From contig OZ024740.1 of the NCBI GenBank assembly GCA_964016885.1, positions 173,476,001 to 173,540,000 of the forward strand: a stretch of 64,000 nucleotides of DNA, read 5' to 3'. The position numbers and the translations under genes were made by a program. This document shows, piece by piece, positions 41,235 through 54,305 of the stretch. The notes beneath the pieces are model-generated. The model saw nothing but the letters and a program-made list of their open reading frames with translations, was not told where the DNA came from and searched no databases. Each line of letters opens with the position of its first letter. Within the stretch, counting starts at the first letter, position 1. This DNA comes from Eledone cirrhosa (lineage: Eukaryota).

Positions 41235-41591
41235 CTGAAAAGTGTGCATTTACTGTTAGCCATCACTCCACCTCCTTTGGGTAATTCATTATTGACATCC
41301 ACTACTTCTCCATTGTCTACTCCTATCCATCACACACATACCAGCATTCACTCTTGACAGGTACAGTGAAGTCTTTGCTTAACCAAGGAAGTCTAATAAG
41401 GCTAAAACATGCCAAAAGTTCTCTCCCATGTTTGCTAGAAGAATTGAAGAACTAATATACTGATCAATGACTATCCTCTGCATAATTATTTCTTGTTAAA
41501 TTTTGTTTTGATTTTAAATTATTTTTTTTTGCAAGTCACAGTAATAATACTTAACAACTGAAACATCTCTCCAATAACTTCAATACACATT

Positions 41592-41621
<30 letters not shown>

Positions 41622-41623
<2 letters not shown>

Positions 41624-41794
41624 GTGAAATTCCATTATAACGAAATTCACAGGGTTTAAAAAAATTTGTTGTAACAAAAATTCTTTATAATGAGATCAAC
41701 CTAACACATCCAGCTTGTGGCCGGGGATTGAAGAAAATGTTGTTATACTGAAAAATCTGTTATAATGGTATCCATTATAACAGAATTTTACCTA
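41622..41794. mobile_element. pogo/Tigger-like MITE
   Basis: TA|CAGTGAAATTCCATTATAACG..TTATAACAGAATTTTACCT; repeated TTATAA motifs. Confidence 0.7.
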
Positions 41795-42951
41795 TATATA
41801 TATATGTTATGTCCTAACATATATATATGGACGAGGTGTCAAATTTTCATTACGTTTATAAATACTGCTTTTGCAATATCATACTCTGGTAATCTAAATC
41901 TAGCAGTTTTCTGTAGCACTCCCAGTATTGCAACAGTGGGAATGTGCTTGACCTATTTGATCAGAGGTATTATTAATTGATACAAATATAGCTATTGTAA
42001 CATTGACGTTTCGAAGGAAATAACAATGTGGAAATGAAGTGAAATAGTTGTATCTAAGAATCAAAGCTAGCTTTTAGTTCACCAGGAGATTATTATTACT
42101 ATCATAGGCCATATTAAATATTTACTTTACTCTATCATTAAAATGGTGGAAATTTAAATGTACTACTAAGACGTGGCACAAAGCTAAAAGTAACAGATGT
42201 GTAATGATCCGGCCTCATGCCAACAAGCTGTATAACAGCTGCCATCACAATCAGTGGTTGGTGTCAAAAACATTTAAACCCATTAGTAATTGAAAGAAGA
42301 ATATTGAAATTGTACTGCTGTCTAATATTGTTTACATTTAAAAAGCATTTGTGATTATGTCAACAGGGAAAACTATTTCTCTAATATATTTATTATTTAA
42401 ACATAATTTGTTGTTGGTTTTAAGTAAGCAATTAATAATTCCCTAGGGCATTTAGAGAAAATAAGCAAGTCCCTTTAACCTTCATGCTTTTCCAATAAGC
42501 GCTTATAACTTATTTTGTTGAGTCTTGAAAGACTGAAAAGTTAAGCTGACCTCGGTATAAATTGGAAAAATGATTTATTAAATAGACCTAAGATTGGTGA
42601 TTTATTAGAAAATCAAACTCGGCGTCTGTGCCTTCCCAGTAATAAATTAAATTAAATCGCAGCACCAGCCGGATCAATAATCTACAAGGTTTCGAAAAGA
42701 TAAAAACATTGTTAACTATAAACGCATACACGTGTTTATGTATGCAGGAATATACAAATAGTTTCAACAACACTAATACCAACAGCTAAAAGCAGATATA
42801 AAAGAAGAAATTTGTTCAATTACATTTCACTGAAGATAGTGTGGGGAGGAGGAAATTTGAACAGAATATAACTGCAATCGGCCATTAGTTCTGTCTAAAA
42901 TAGGCTGAGAAAAATTAATTTAGCAATCCACCAAACAACTATTTAAATGAC

Positions 42952-43725
42952 TATATATGTATATACATACATATACATACACATATATATATATACATAT
43001 ATATACACATATATACATATATATACACACACATATATATATATATATACACATATATATACACATATATATATATATATATACATATATATACACACAT
43101 ATATATATATATATATATACATACACATATATATATATATATATATACATATATATACACACACATATATATATATATATATATACATATATATACACAC
43201 ACATATATATATATATATACATATATATACACACATATATATATATATATACATATATATACACACATATATATATATATATATATATACATATATATAC
43301 ACACATATATATATATATATATACATATATATACACACATATATATATATATACATATATATACACACATATATATATATATATATACATATATATACAC
43401 ATATATATATATACATATATATATACACACATATATATATATACATATATATACACACATATATATATATACATATATATACACACATATATATATATAC
43501 ATATATATACACACATATATATACATACATATATATACACACATATATATATATATACACATATATATACACACATATATATATATATACATATATATAC
43601 ACACATATATATATATATACATATATATACACACATACATATATATATACATATATATACACATATACATATATATATACATATATATACACATATACAT
43701 ACACATATATATATATACATATATA
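42952..43725. repeat. Compound (TA)n/CA array
   Basis: Unit approximately CATATATATACACACATATATATATATATA. Confidence 0.97.
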
Positions 43726-46700
43726 TCATCATCATCATCATCATCAACGTTTAACGTCCGTGTTCCACGCTTGCATGGGTTTGGACGGGGGTAGTCCCAC
43801 TTGAGGCAAGAGTGATTGTCTTGCTCGCATAGGACTGTCTGGCAGGTTTTCTACAGTTGGATGCCCTTCCTAACACCAACCACATTTACAGTGTGGGTCT
43901 GGGAGGTTTTTACCGTGTTGCCTACACGGCCACATTACAGCGTGGACTGTGTGTTTTTTTGTCGTGACACCTACACGATCTCATTTGTTTCGGCCTCGAT
44001 GGCGCGGCACCAACATAACTTTACATAGAACGGGGTGGTGTGGATCGGGTGGGGGTGGGGGTGGTGGGACGGGGTGTATTTTGTTAGAGATGCCTACTGG
44101 CTGGAGTAGGTTTTACTATATATTTAGGTAAGGCGGGTCTTCTCTGTTACTGAGTACCGCCAAAGGTCTCGGTCCAGTGACATTGTCTTGGAGAGGTGTA
44201 AGTGTGTGATGTCGGAGTTTATCAGCTCGTCCCAGGTTTTTCTAGGTCTGCCTATTCCGTGACTACCGTCTATCTTTATTGCCCTGCACTTTGTTATACA
44301 GCTATCGACTTTCATGCGCATCACGTGTCCATACCAACGTAGCCTTCTCTCGAGTAAACAACATCTGATCCCTCTTATCTCTAATTTATTCCTTAGTTCG
44401 TTTATGCTTTGCCGTTCACGTATATTACTGTTACACATCCAGCGGAGCATGCAAGCTTCGTTCCTCTCTAGTCTGCGTATATCCTCTGCACACAATGCCC
44501 AGGTCTCACTGCCATGCAGCATTGCTGTTCGTATGCAGGCATCGTACAACCTGCCTTTCATTTTTAGTGAGAACCCTTTAGCAGCTAATAGTGGTATAAG
44601 CTCTCTGAACTTTTTCCAACCAGTTCTGACTCTAGCTACAGTACTTTCAGAGCACCCTCCCCCACTGCTGATTTTATCGCCCAGGTAACGGAAGCTGTCC
44701 ACTATTTCTATAGAACCCTCTGCGCAATTGAAAGAGCTAGTAGTTTGTGGGCACTTGCTGCTACTTATTGCACCAGAGCACCGGCCACATGTAAAATCTA
44801 TGTTCTTAGTTAGCTTACCTGTGATCCCACTACATCTTTTATGCACCCATACTTTGCATTTAGGACATAAAATGGAGTTTCTACCTACGCCTTTCCTACA
44901 CACCGAGCACGACCATTTCCCCGAAGGGACCGCCGCCTTGTTTTCTTTCCTACAAACTAGTACTTTGGTCTTAGCCAGGTTAATTTTAAGTCCTTTTGAC
45001 TCTAGGCCGTGCTTCCATGTTTGGAATTTCTTCTCTAGCTCGGCCATTGATTCCGCTATGAGTGTCAGGTCGTCTGCGTATAGGAGTTCCCATGGGCAGC
45101 CTGTCTTGAACTCCTCTGTTATAGCCTGAAGGGCAATAATAAATAGTAGTGGACTGAGAACAGAGCCCTGATGGACGCCGACTTTTACGCTAAACTCTTC
45201 ACTATATTCGTTGTTAATTCTAACCTTGCTGACTGTTTCTTTATACATGGCTTGTATAGCCCTCACAAGCCATTCGTCAACGCCTAGTTTTCTAAGAGCC
45301 CACCAGATAATGGAGCGGGGGACTCTGTCGAAGGCTTTCTCCAAGTCGACAAAAGCTAAGTAGAGGGGTTTACCTTTAGCTAGGTACTTCTCCTGTAGTT
45401 GTCGTACTATGAAAAGAGCGTCTGTGGTACTTTTGCCTGACACAAACCCGAACTGCATTTCATCTAGGTCAATTCTCTCTCTGATTAGTTGCGCTATTAC
45501 TCTTTCCGTGACCTTCATGACCTGGTCGATTAATTTAATGCCTCTATAGTTACTCCTATCTAGGGCGTCTCCTTTACCCTTATAACAGTTAACGATGATG
45601 CTGCTATGCCAGTCCTTCGGAACAACCCCGTTCTGTACGACTTGGTTAACTATGCGGGTGACCATGGTGTGTCCCACCGTGCCAGATGCCTTCAGCATCT
45701 CAGCAACTATTTCCGAAGGCCCAGCCGCCTTACCAGTCTTCATATCCTTGATTGCCTTACTTATTATACTCCCCTCGACTAACACTGCTGGTCCCTCTAT
45801 TGGGTCGATATGGGGGAGACTGCCTTTCTCCCAATTATTCTCCTCATTTAGAAGCCTTTCATAGTGACACTTCCAAGCTACCTTCTTATCAGCGTCGGTG
45901 ATGGCAAGTGTGCCATCGTCGTTTAGTACACACTTCTCCCCGACAATATCACGGTTTTCCTTGACGCATTGCCTAGCAATCCTGAACACCTCACGTTTTT
46001 GGTCATCGCGTTGTAGAACATGCTTGAACTTTCTTTCCTCAGCTTCCCTTCTTGCTAAGTACACTTGTCTCCTAGCTTCCCTCCTGGCCACTTGATAGTC
46101 CTCTCTACTTCCCCCATCCCGCCATACTTTCCAAGCCTGCTTTTTGGCCTTAATTGACCCCTCCACCTTACTGTTCCACCACCATGTTACTCTCCTCCTG
46201 CCTACAGGCCTGCTCCAGCCACAGACCTCGTCTGTCGCCAACAGCAGGTTTGCTTTCAGAAATTCCCACTCTCCCTCTATATTGTCCGACTCTAAATGTT
46301 CTTCCTTACTGTCGAAAGCATCAAGTAATATGCTTTGAAATTTATTCCTGGCTGTGGGGTCCTTTAGCTTCCATATTTTCCTCCTGAGGATAGTCCTCTT
46401 CTGTTGTCGAGTACGTCTCGTCCTGACTATGAGGTCGCTAATTATCAGTCTATGTTGGGAGGTGCATTCTTCATGGGGGAGGGATTTAGTGTTAACAACA
46501 GACACTCTGTCACGTCTTCTGGTAAGGATATAATCTACCTGGCTTGTGTGTTCCCCGGATCTATAGGTGATCAGGTGATTGTCACGTTTTTTGAAGTTAG
46601 TGTTACAGATAGTTAGGTTATTTGCATCACAGAATTCCAGGATTCTGGAGCCTTCCTCATTTCTAGTACCAAACCCATAGCCTCCATGGATTTCGTCGTA

Positions 46701-47363
46701 GCCGTCACAATGTTGTCCAACGTGACCATTTAGGTCGCCTGCGATAATTATATAGTCACTGTCGGATATTTGGGAGGTAGTTAGCATCAGTGTCTCATAG
46801 AATCTGTCTTTTATAGTGCCGGGCAGTCCGGATTGGGGTGCGTACGCAGATATTACTGTCACCGTAGTTCTATTGAGGACAAGTCGTATTTTAATTATTC
46901 TGTCGTTCACTCTATTTACGTCTATTATCTTATCTGCCCACTTTTCTGCTACCATGATTCCTACTCCACCCAGCCCATCGTCGTTTCCCACCCAGAAAAG
47001 CTTATAACAACGTTTTTTACCCTCAATGAACCTAGCAGACCCACCCCTCCACCTGGTCTCTTGAATACAACAAGCATCGACCTCCTTACGTTCAAGCATT
47101 TCTACAACCTCGTTAGCGCGACCCTTTAGGGTGCCTACATTTATGGTACCAACTCTGAAGTTTTGGATTGCGTTTGGGGGTTGGGGGCGGTGAGGGGCGG
47201 GGGGCGATGGGGTTATGTTAGCCGTCCGCGGTCGAAACAATGAGGAGTGCTCGCATTCTCGTCCAAGGGGTGAATTTGTCTTTATCTTTGGCATTGTCGC
47301 TGAGCGTCCAGATTTTTCTCTCTCACCTCCACTCTCCAGGATTCCGCAGTCCATCCATCCATC
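43726..47363 (-). mobile_element. Near full-length young RTE-clade LINE (family A, copy 1)
   Basis: Single APE-RT ORF, about 400-bp 3' UTR with (TGA)7 tail, about 70 bp of 5' leader; CpGs preserved. Confidence 0.97.
44124..47294 (-). CDS. RTE LINE protein, 1056 aa from MPKIKT: APE endonuclease + RT with inserted PHD finger
   Basis: APE motifs [33 protein letters not shown]; RT motifs [40 protein letters not shown]; no stops. The track's extension to 47861 is mostly microsatellite. Confidence 0.95.
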   Translation of the reverse strand: MPKIKTNSPLGRECEHSSLFRPRTANITPSPPAPHRPQPPNAIQNFRVGTINVGTLKGRANEVVEMLERKEVDACCIQETRWRGGSARFIEGKKRCYKLFWVGNDDGLGGVGIMVAEKWADKIIDVNRVNDRIIKIRLVLNRTTVTVISAYAPQSGLPGTIKDRFYETLMLTTSQISDSDYIIIAGDLNGHVGQHCDGYDEIHGGYGFGTRNEEGSRILEFCDANNLTICNTNFKKRDNHLITYRSGEHTSQVDYILTRRRDRVSVVNTKSLPHEECTSQHRLIISDLIVRTRRTRQQKRTILRRKIWKLKDPTARNKFQSILLDAFDSKEEHLESDNIEGEWEFLKANLLLATDEVCGWSRPVGRRRVTWWWNSKVEGSIKAKKQAWKVWRDGGSREDYQVARREARRQVYLARREAEERKFKHVLQRDDQKREVFRIARQCVKENRDIVGEKCVLNDDGTLAITDADKKVAWKCHYERLLNEENNWEKGSLPHIDPIEGPAVLVEGSIISKAIKDMKTGKAAGPSEIVAEMLKASGTVGHTMVTRIVNQVVQNGVVPKDWHSSIIVNCYKGKGDALDRSNYRGIKLIDQVMKVTERVIAQLIRERIDLDEMQFGFVSGKSTTDALFIVRQLQEKYLAKGKPLYLAFVDLEKAFDRVPRSIIWWALRKLGVDEWLVRAIQAMYKETVSKVRINNEYSEEFSVKVGVHQGSVLSPLLFIIALQAITEEFKTGCPWELLYADDLTLIAESMAELEKKFQTWKHGLESKGLKINLAKTKVLVCRKENKAAVPSGKWSCSVCRKGVGRNSILCPKCKVWVHKRCSGITGKLTKNIDFTCGRCSGAISSSKCPQTTSSFNCAEGSIEIVDSFRYLGDKISSGGGCSESTVARVRTGWKKFRELIPLLAAKGFSLKMKGRLYDACIRTAMLHGSETWALCAEDIRRLERNEACMLRWMCNSNIRERQSINELRNKLEIRGIRCCLLERRLRWYGHVMRMKVDSCITKCRAIKIDGSHGIGRPRKTWDELINSDITHLHLSKTMSLDRDLWRYSVTEKTRLT

Positions 47364-47457
47364 ATATATATACATATATATACACATATATATATATACA
47401 TATATATATATATACATATATATACATATATATATATATACATATATATACACACAC

Positions 47458-47488
<31 letters not shown>

Positions 47489-48516
47489 TATATATATATA
47501 TACATATATATACATATAGATACATATATATACACACATATATATATATATACACACATATATATATATACATATATATACACACATATATATATATACA
47601 CACATATATATATATACACACATATATATATATACACACATATATATATATATACATATATATACACACATATATATATATATATACACACATATATATA
47701 TATATACATATATATACACACATATATATATATATACACACATATATATATATATACATATATATACACACATATATATATATATACATATATATACACA
47801 CATATATATATATATACATATATATACACACATATATATATATATACATATATATACACATATATATATATATTTATATACATATATATACACACATATA
47901 TATATATACATATATATACACATATATATATATACATATATATACACACATATATATATATACATATATATACACACATATATATATATACATATATATA
48001 TACACACATATATATACACACATATATATATATACATATATATACACATATATATATATACATATATATACACATATATATATATATACATATATATACA
48101 CACATATATATATATACATATATATACACACATATATATATATATACATATATATACACACATATATATATATATACATATATATACACACATATATATA
48201 TATATACATATATATACACACATATATATATATATATACATATATATACACACACATATATATATATACATATATATACACACATATATATATATATATA
48301 CATATATATACACACATATATATATACATATATATACACACATATATATATATATACATATACACACATATATATATATACATATATATACACACATATA
48401 TATATATATATATACATATATATACACACATATATATATATATACATATATATACACACATATATATATATATATATATACATATATATACACACATATA
48501 TATATATACATATATA
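47364..48516. repeat. Compound (TA)n/CA array, same unit as 42952-43725
   Basis: Direct reading. Confidence 0.97.
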
Positions 48517-49104
48517 AATGAAAGGTATAGAAAACATTGTAGCGAAAAGCCAACAGTATTCCATAATATATAAGTGACTATAGCGTCAAGATTGGAAAAA
48601 TAGTTAACGTAAGATGTGGGAAAAATAATTCAAACTCATCTCAAAGAGAATCAGGATATAGATTCATCCACAGAATTTAGTGAAATCCAGGGAAAAATCA
48701 ATAGAACCTTAACTCATGATAAAATAAAGTTTAAAATACTCATCCTTCAATTTGGAAAAACTTCAAATGCTCTGTATAGTCTTAAAGACTATTTCACGAA
48801 AACTTTCAGTGGAGATGGTCACGGTTGGAATTCAATCCTCAGCAGAGCTCAACTCGATAACCAAGATTCTCACAGATTAATATGCCAAAAAGGGATTTTA
48901 AAACAGGCTAGTTCACCATCATGCGTGATTATGAAAAATAAAATGCACATGAGGAAAGACAGGGCTGGTGACGTCAGAATGAGACGAATGTTTGTTTACA
49001 AGAAACAACAGTAAAAAAACATTCCGAATAAAACTCTAAAATAAAGAGTCCAGCAAAAAGCAGTATTATCGCGGTTTTTTATAAAAAATACTGGGATTAG
49101 TCAC

Positions 49105-49828
49105 AATATATATACATATATATACACATATATATATATATACATACATATATATATACACATTCATATACATATATATACACATACATATATATATACA
49201 TATATATACACATACATATACATACACATACATATACATACATATATATATACACATACATATACATACACATACATATACATACATATATATATACACA
49301 TTCATATACATATACATACACATACATATATATACACATACATATACATATATATACACATACATATATATATACATATATATACACATACATACATATA
49401 TATACACATACATACATATATATACATATACATATATACATACATACACATACATATATATACACATACATATATATATATACACATACATATATATACA
49501 CATACATATATATATATATACACATACATACACATATAAACACATACATACACATACATATACATACACATACATATACATACACATACATATATATACA
49601 CATACATATATATACACATACATATATATATACACATACATATATATATACACATACATATATATACACATACATATATATACACATACATATATATACA
49701 CATACATATATATACACATACATATATATACACATACATATATATACACATACATATATATACACATACATGTACATATATATATACACATACATGTACA
49801 TATATATACATACATATACATATATATA
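49105..49828. repeat. Compound array, approximately (ATATATACACATAC)n
   Basis: Direct reading; the same motif resumes at 52106-52186. Confidence 0.97.
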
Positions 49829-52105
49829 CTAGTTAGGCAGCGGGACAGGCAGATGGTGTCTAATGCCAAGGCATACCCTGGGGAAGAATGTACCCCACAG
49901 CATAGGTTAGTCGTTAGTGATATCTCAGTAAGCAAGAGATGGAATGAGACATACAGGAAGGTGTGGAGAAGAAAGGTCTGGAAGCTAAAAGACCTTTCAC
50001 TAAAATAAAAATTTAGGAAAGCCCTTCAAGATGTGTATGACGAAAAAGAAGACAATTTAGAGTCGTATGACATAGATAATAACTGGAATTTCTTACGCGA
50101 CAAATTACTGCAGGCTACTGATGAAACTTGTGGCTGGAGCAGAGCTCCAACCAGACAGAGAGTGACCTAGTGGTGGAACAGCACAGTAGATAAGGCCATT
50201 AGAGACAAAAGACTAGCATGGAAGGCTTGGAAAAAGGGTGGGAGTAGGGAAAGATATACAGCCGCTAAGAGAGAAGCTAGACGTCAGGTGTACTTAGCAC
50301 GCAGTTTGCCAATTTGCCACAGTTTGCCAATTTTCTGCGACGAGAAGATCAGAGGCATGCAGTGTTCCACATTGCAAGGCAGTGTGTCAATGCAAATCAG
50401 GATGTTGTTGGAGATAAATGTGTCCGGAATGATGCCGGTGTACTTAGTGTCACGAATGATCAAATAAAGGAGGCCTGGAAATGTCATTATGAGAGACTGA
50501 TGAATGTGGAGAACGAATGGGAGAGAGAGAAATTACCCTCAGTAGATCCGACAGAAGAACCAGCTATTGAGATTGATGAATACTGGTGCAGCAGTATTCT
50601 CATAAATTGCTACAAAGGTAAAGGGGATGCTCTGGGGAGGAGCAATTATAGGGGTATAAAACTGATGGATCAGGTTATGAAAGTGGTAGAAAGGATATTA
50701 GCACAACTAATTAGAGAAAGGGTCAAACTAGATGAGATCCAGTTTGGTTTTGTGCCTGGGAAGAGTACAACAGATGCCCTCTTCTTGGTGAGACAATTAC
50801 AAGAGAGGTTCTTAGAGAAAAATAAGCCACTATACTTAGCCTTTGTTGACCTAGAGAAGGCCTTTGATAGGGTACTCCAATCTGTCATCTGGTGGTCCCT
50901 AAGGAAACTAGGTGTTGAAGAATGGCTTGTGAGGACAGTGCAAACTTTGTACAGAGGTACTCTCAGTAAAGTCAGGGTAGGAATGGAGTTTAGTGAGGAA
51001 TTCCAGATACAAGTAGGACTACATGAAGGTTCGGTCCTCTGCCCGCTCTTGCTCATTATAGTCCTCCAAGCCATAACAGAGGAGTTTAAGACTGGCTGTC
51101 CATGGGAACTTCTCTATGCTGACGATCTGGTTCTTATAGCAGAATCAGTAGAGGAGCTAGAGAATAAATTCTGGCTATGGAAACAGCGGTTGGAAGCAAG
51201 AGGACTGAGAGTGAACCTAGCTAAGACAAAAGTGTTGACGAGTAGAAAAGAGGACAAAACTCTGATTCCATCAGGGAAATGGCCACGTTCGATATGTAGA
51301 AAAAGAACTGGCATAAATTCTATAAAATGCACACAATGCAGATCCTGGGTACACAAGAGATGTAGCGAGATAGCAGGCAGACTAACAGGTAAGGAGAAAT
51401 ATGTATGCAGTAGATGTACAGGGAAATTAGACAGTAGAAGTCCCACTGATAGACACGTTTTTCAAATGCAGGGAGGTGCTATAGAAGTGGTGGATAGCTT
51501 CCGGCACCTAGGAGGTCAGATTAGCATGAGAGGGGGGGTGTTCCGAGGTCATAGTATCTAGAATAAGGACGGGTTGGAAGAAGTTTAGGGAGCTGCTTTC
51601 TCTGCTGACAAAGGGTTTCTTCCTGCATACGAAAGACCGGTTATATGATGCATGTGTGAGGAGCGCGATGCTGCATGGTAGTGAGACATGGGCAGCAACT
51701 GCAGAGGATATGCGACGGCTGGAGAGAAATGAGGCAAGCATGCTCCGTTGGATGTGCAGTGTCAATGTGCGTGAACGACCTAGCATAAATGTGTTGAGAG
51801 AGAAACTGTGTCTAAGAGGGATAGAATATAGTGTGCGAGAGACGAGACTGAAGTGGTATGGACATGTGATGCGCATGGACGATGACCGATGGGTGAAGAA
51901 GTGCCTGGAAATGCCAGTTGAAGGAAGACGTGGTAGAGGTAGACCACGAAAAACATGGGCGGAGGTGGTGAGAACAGACCTCAGATTGCTGAAGCTCACG
52001 ATGGAGATGACGAAGGACCGTGACAAGTGGAGAGATGCTGTGCTGAATAAGACCCGTCCCACTCTTGCAAGCAGGGAAGAGCGGACGTAAAATGATGATG
52101 ATGAT
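49826..52105 (+). mobile_element. 5'-truncated, disrupted RTE LINE (family B) with PHD insert
   Basis: Starts in the APE end ([16 protein letters not shown]); stop at 50168-50170; internal deletion near 50580; RT motifs in ORF 50314-51561; C-terminus in 51656-52090; (TGA)n tail directly after the stop. Confidence 0.95.
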
Positions 52106-52361
52106 ACATATACATATATATACACATACATATACATATATATACACATACATATACATATATATACATATACATATATATACACATGATAGCTGCCCCC
52201 TCGTTATCAAGTATGGCCATTGCACGAGAAAAAAAAAAATAATAAATAAATAAAAAAGAAAAGAAAATTTAAAAAAAGAAATATATATATATACACATAT
52301 ATATACACACATACATACACATATATACACACACACACACACACACACCCATACACACACA

Positions 52362-54243
52362 CGATAGCAACCAACAGCGCTGCGATCGAATGTGGATTTT
52401 TAGCCCAGCCAATGATCTAAAATGTCTTGCACAGAGTCGGCAACCAAAACACTCACTCGGAATAGCCGGCTGTGGTTGGAGTTCATGTACTTTTCATGGA
52501 GTTTCATGTCGCTTGAGCCCTCCTGCTGATTTACATTCTCTACCACATGCTTGGCAAGCATGATGAGTAGCATCCCCAACAGCAGTCTGGCAGTCAACCA
52601 CTGGTCCCACTTTACGACCACGAAGATGACCCTCGAGTCCAGCCTTGCCTAGGCAGAGTCTCGCACAGACGCTGCATGTCAGCACCATAGGAGGACCCTC
52701 GCCGTCTGGAAGTGCAACAGCAATGCCTTTCCTCACATCCCGCTTTACTTTCTCGTATGCGATTTGAGATGCCTCAAAGGCAACCCTTCCCTCATATACA
52801 GTCTTTCTCCATTTATTATGATCAGCAGCAATATTTTCCCATGTATCAGCAGAGATGTTAGCGTCTTTCAAAGAGGCCCTCAAGGAATCCCTATACCTTC
52901 TTTTTGGTTTATGTGGCGGTCGTTTTCCTTACTAAGGTCGTTTTTTTGGTTTATGTGGCGGTCGTTTTCCTTACTAAGGTCGTTTTTTTGGTTTATGTGG
53001 TGGTTGTTTTCCTTACTAGGTCGTTTTCCCTAACCAACTCTCCATAAAAGAGTTGCCCTGATATTCCAGAATCCTTCATCGCGGCAAGGTGACAACTTCA
53101 ACGGAGTCGTTGCCCAAGCACAAGAGCCTCCACACTGTCACACAGAGCTTTCCAAAATCTCGATATCACTGATGTGGTCCCTCCAGTGAACGCCATGGAT
53201 CCGACTGAGACACATCTGATGGAAACGCTCCAATTGCTTAAGGTGGTGTCGATATGTGACCCAGGTCTCGCAGGCACAAAGAAGACAAGAGAGCACACAT
53301 GCCTTGTACACCTTTACCTTTGTACTCCTGCATATGTCCCGCCGACCCCAGAGTCGCCTTTCTAGCTTTCCGAAAGCATCACTTGCTTTCCTAATCCTAA
53401 GTGAGATTTCACTGTCAAGGTTGCTGTATCGATTGACAGTGCTTCCCAGGCAGACAAACCGATCAACCACTCCAAGTCGTCCACCATACACATAGGTATT
53501 TGGTTCACTGTACTGCTTACCAGGGGCAGGTTGGTACATGACGACGGTTTTCTTGAGACTGACAGTCAATCCTAGGGCAGTGCAAGCGTCAGAAAATGCA
53601 TTCAAAATGTGCTGCATATCACTCTGTGTGCGCTACAAGATCGCAATCATCTGCATACAAGAGGTCTCTTATGATTGATGTACATACTTTTGTCTTTGCA
53701 GCAAAGCTGCCTGATGTCATCATGGAAAGACCTAACTAAAGCAAGGAACTTATCAGGGCAACCATGTTTCTGGAGAACCTTCCATAATGCATCTCTGTTA
53801 ACAGTATCGAAAGCTTTTGTAAGATCGAAAAAACCTGATACAGATCCAAACCTTGTTCCATGCACCTCTCCTGGAGCTGTCCAGCTGAGATCATATCAGT
53901 AGTGCCGCGTCCAGCACGAAAACCAGATTGACCTTCAGGAAGAACACAATCTGCAATGCGTGTCAGCAGACGGTCCAGAAGCACCCTACATAAAACTTTC
54001 CCTATGACAGAAAGCAATGATATACCTCTGTAGTTCCCACAATCATTCCTGTTACCCTTTCCCTTGTAAAAGACCACCATTACTGCATCTCTCCAGTCGT
54101 CAGGTACGGATTCATTAGCCCATATCCTGCCAAACAAAGAGTGAAGATGTGGCAGGAGTCTCTCACCACCATATTGTAGGAGCCCAGCATGTATGCCATC
54201 CATACCTGGAGACTTCCACTGTTCAGCTTCGAGATAGCCACTG
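52362..54243 (-). mobile_element. Disrupted RTE/BovB-like LINE with three C-terminal C2H2 zinc fingers
   Basis: KSPGMDGI, CGNYRGISLL, QSGFRAGR, DLTKAFDTV, LLYADDC, KASDAFGKL; the RT QG region is deleted near 53710; CxxC..H fingers at 52390-52680. Confidence 0.92.
52901..53027. repeat. 42-bp tandem triplication inside the LINE
   Basis: GGTTTATGTGG at 52906, 52948 and 52990. Confidence 0.9.
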
Positions 54244-54305
54244 CATATATATATATATATACACATACATATATATATAGAGAGACATATATATACACAT
54301 ACATA

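Noticed and set aside
42944-48521. TAAATGA on both outer edges of the array-LINE-array block as a TSD
   Set aside because: Seven AT-rich bases can match by chance; needs an empty allele to test
48616-49014. 132-aa ORF
   Set aside because: GTG start, no recognisable domain or clear splice signals
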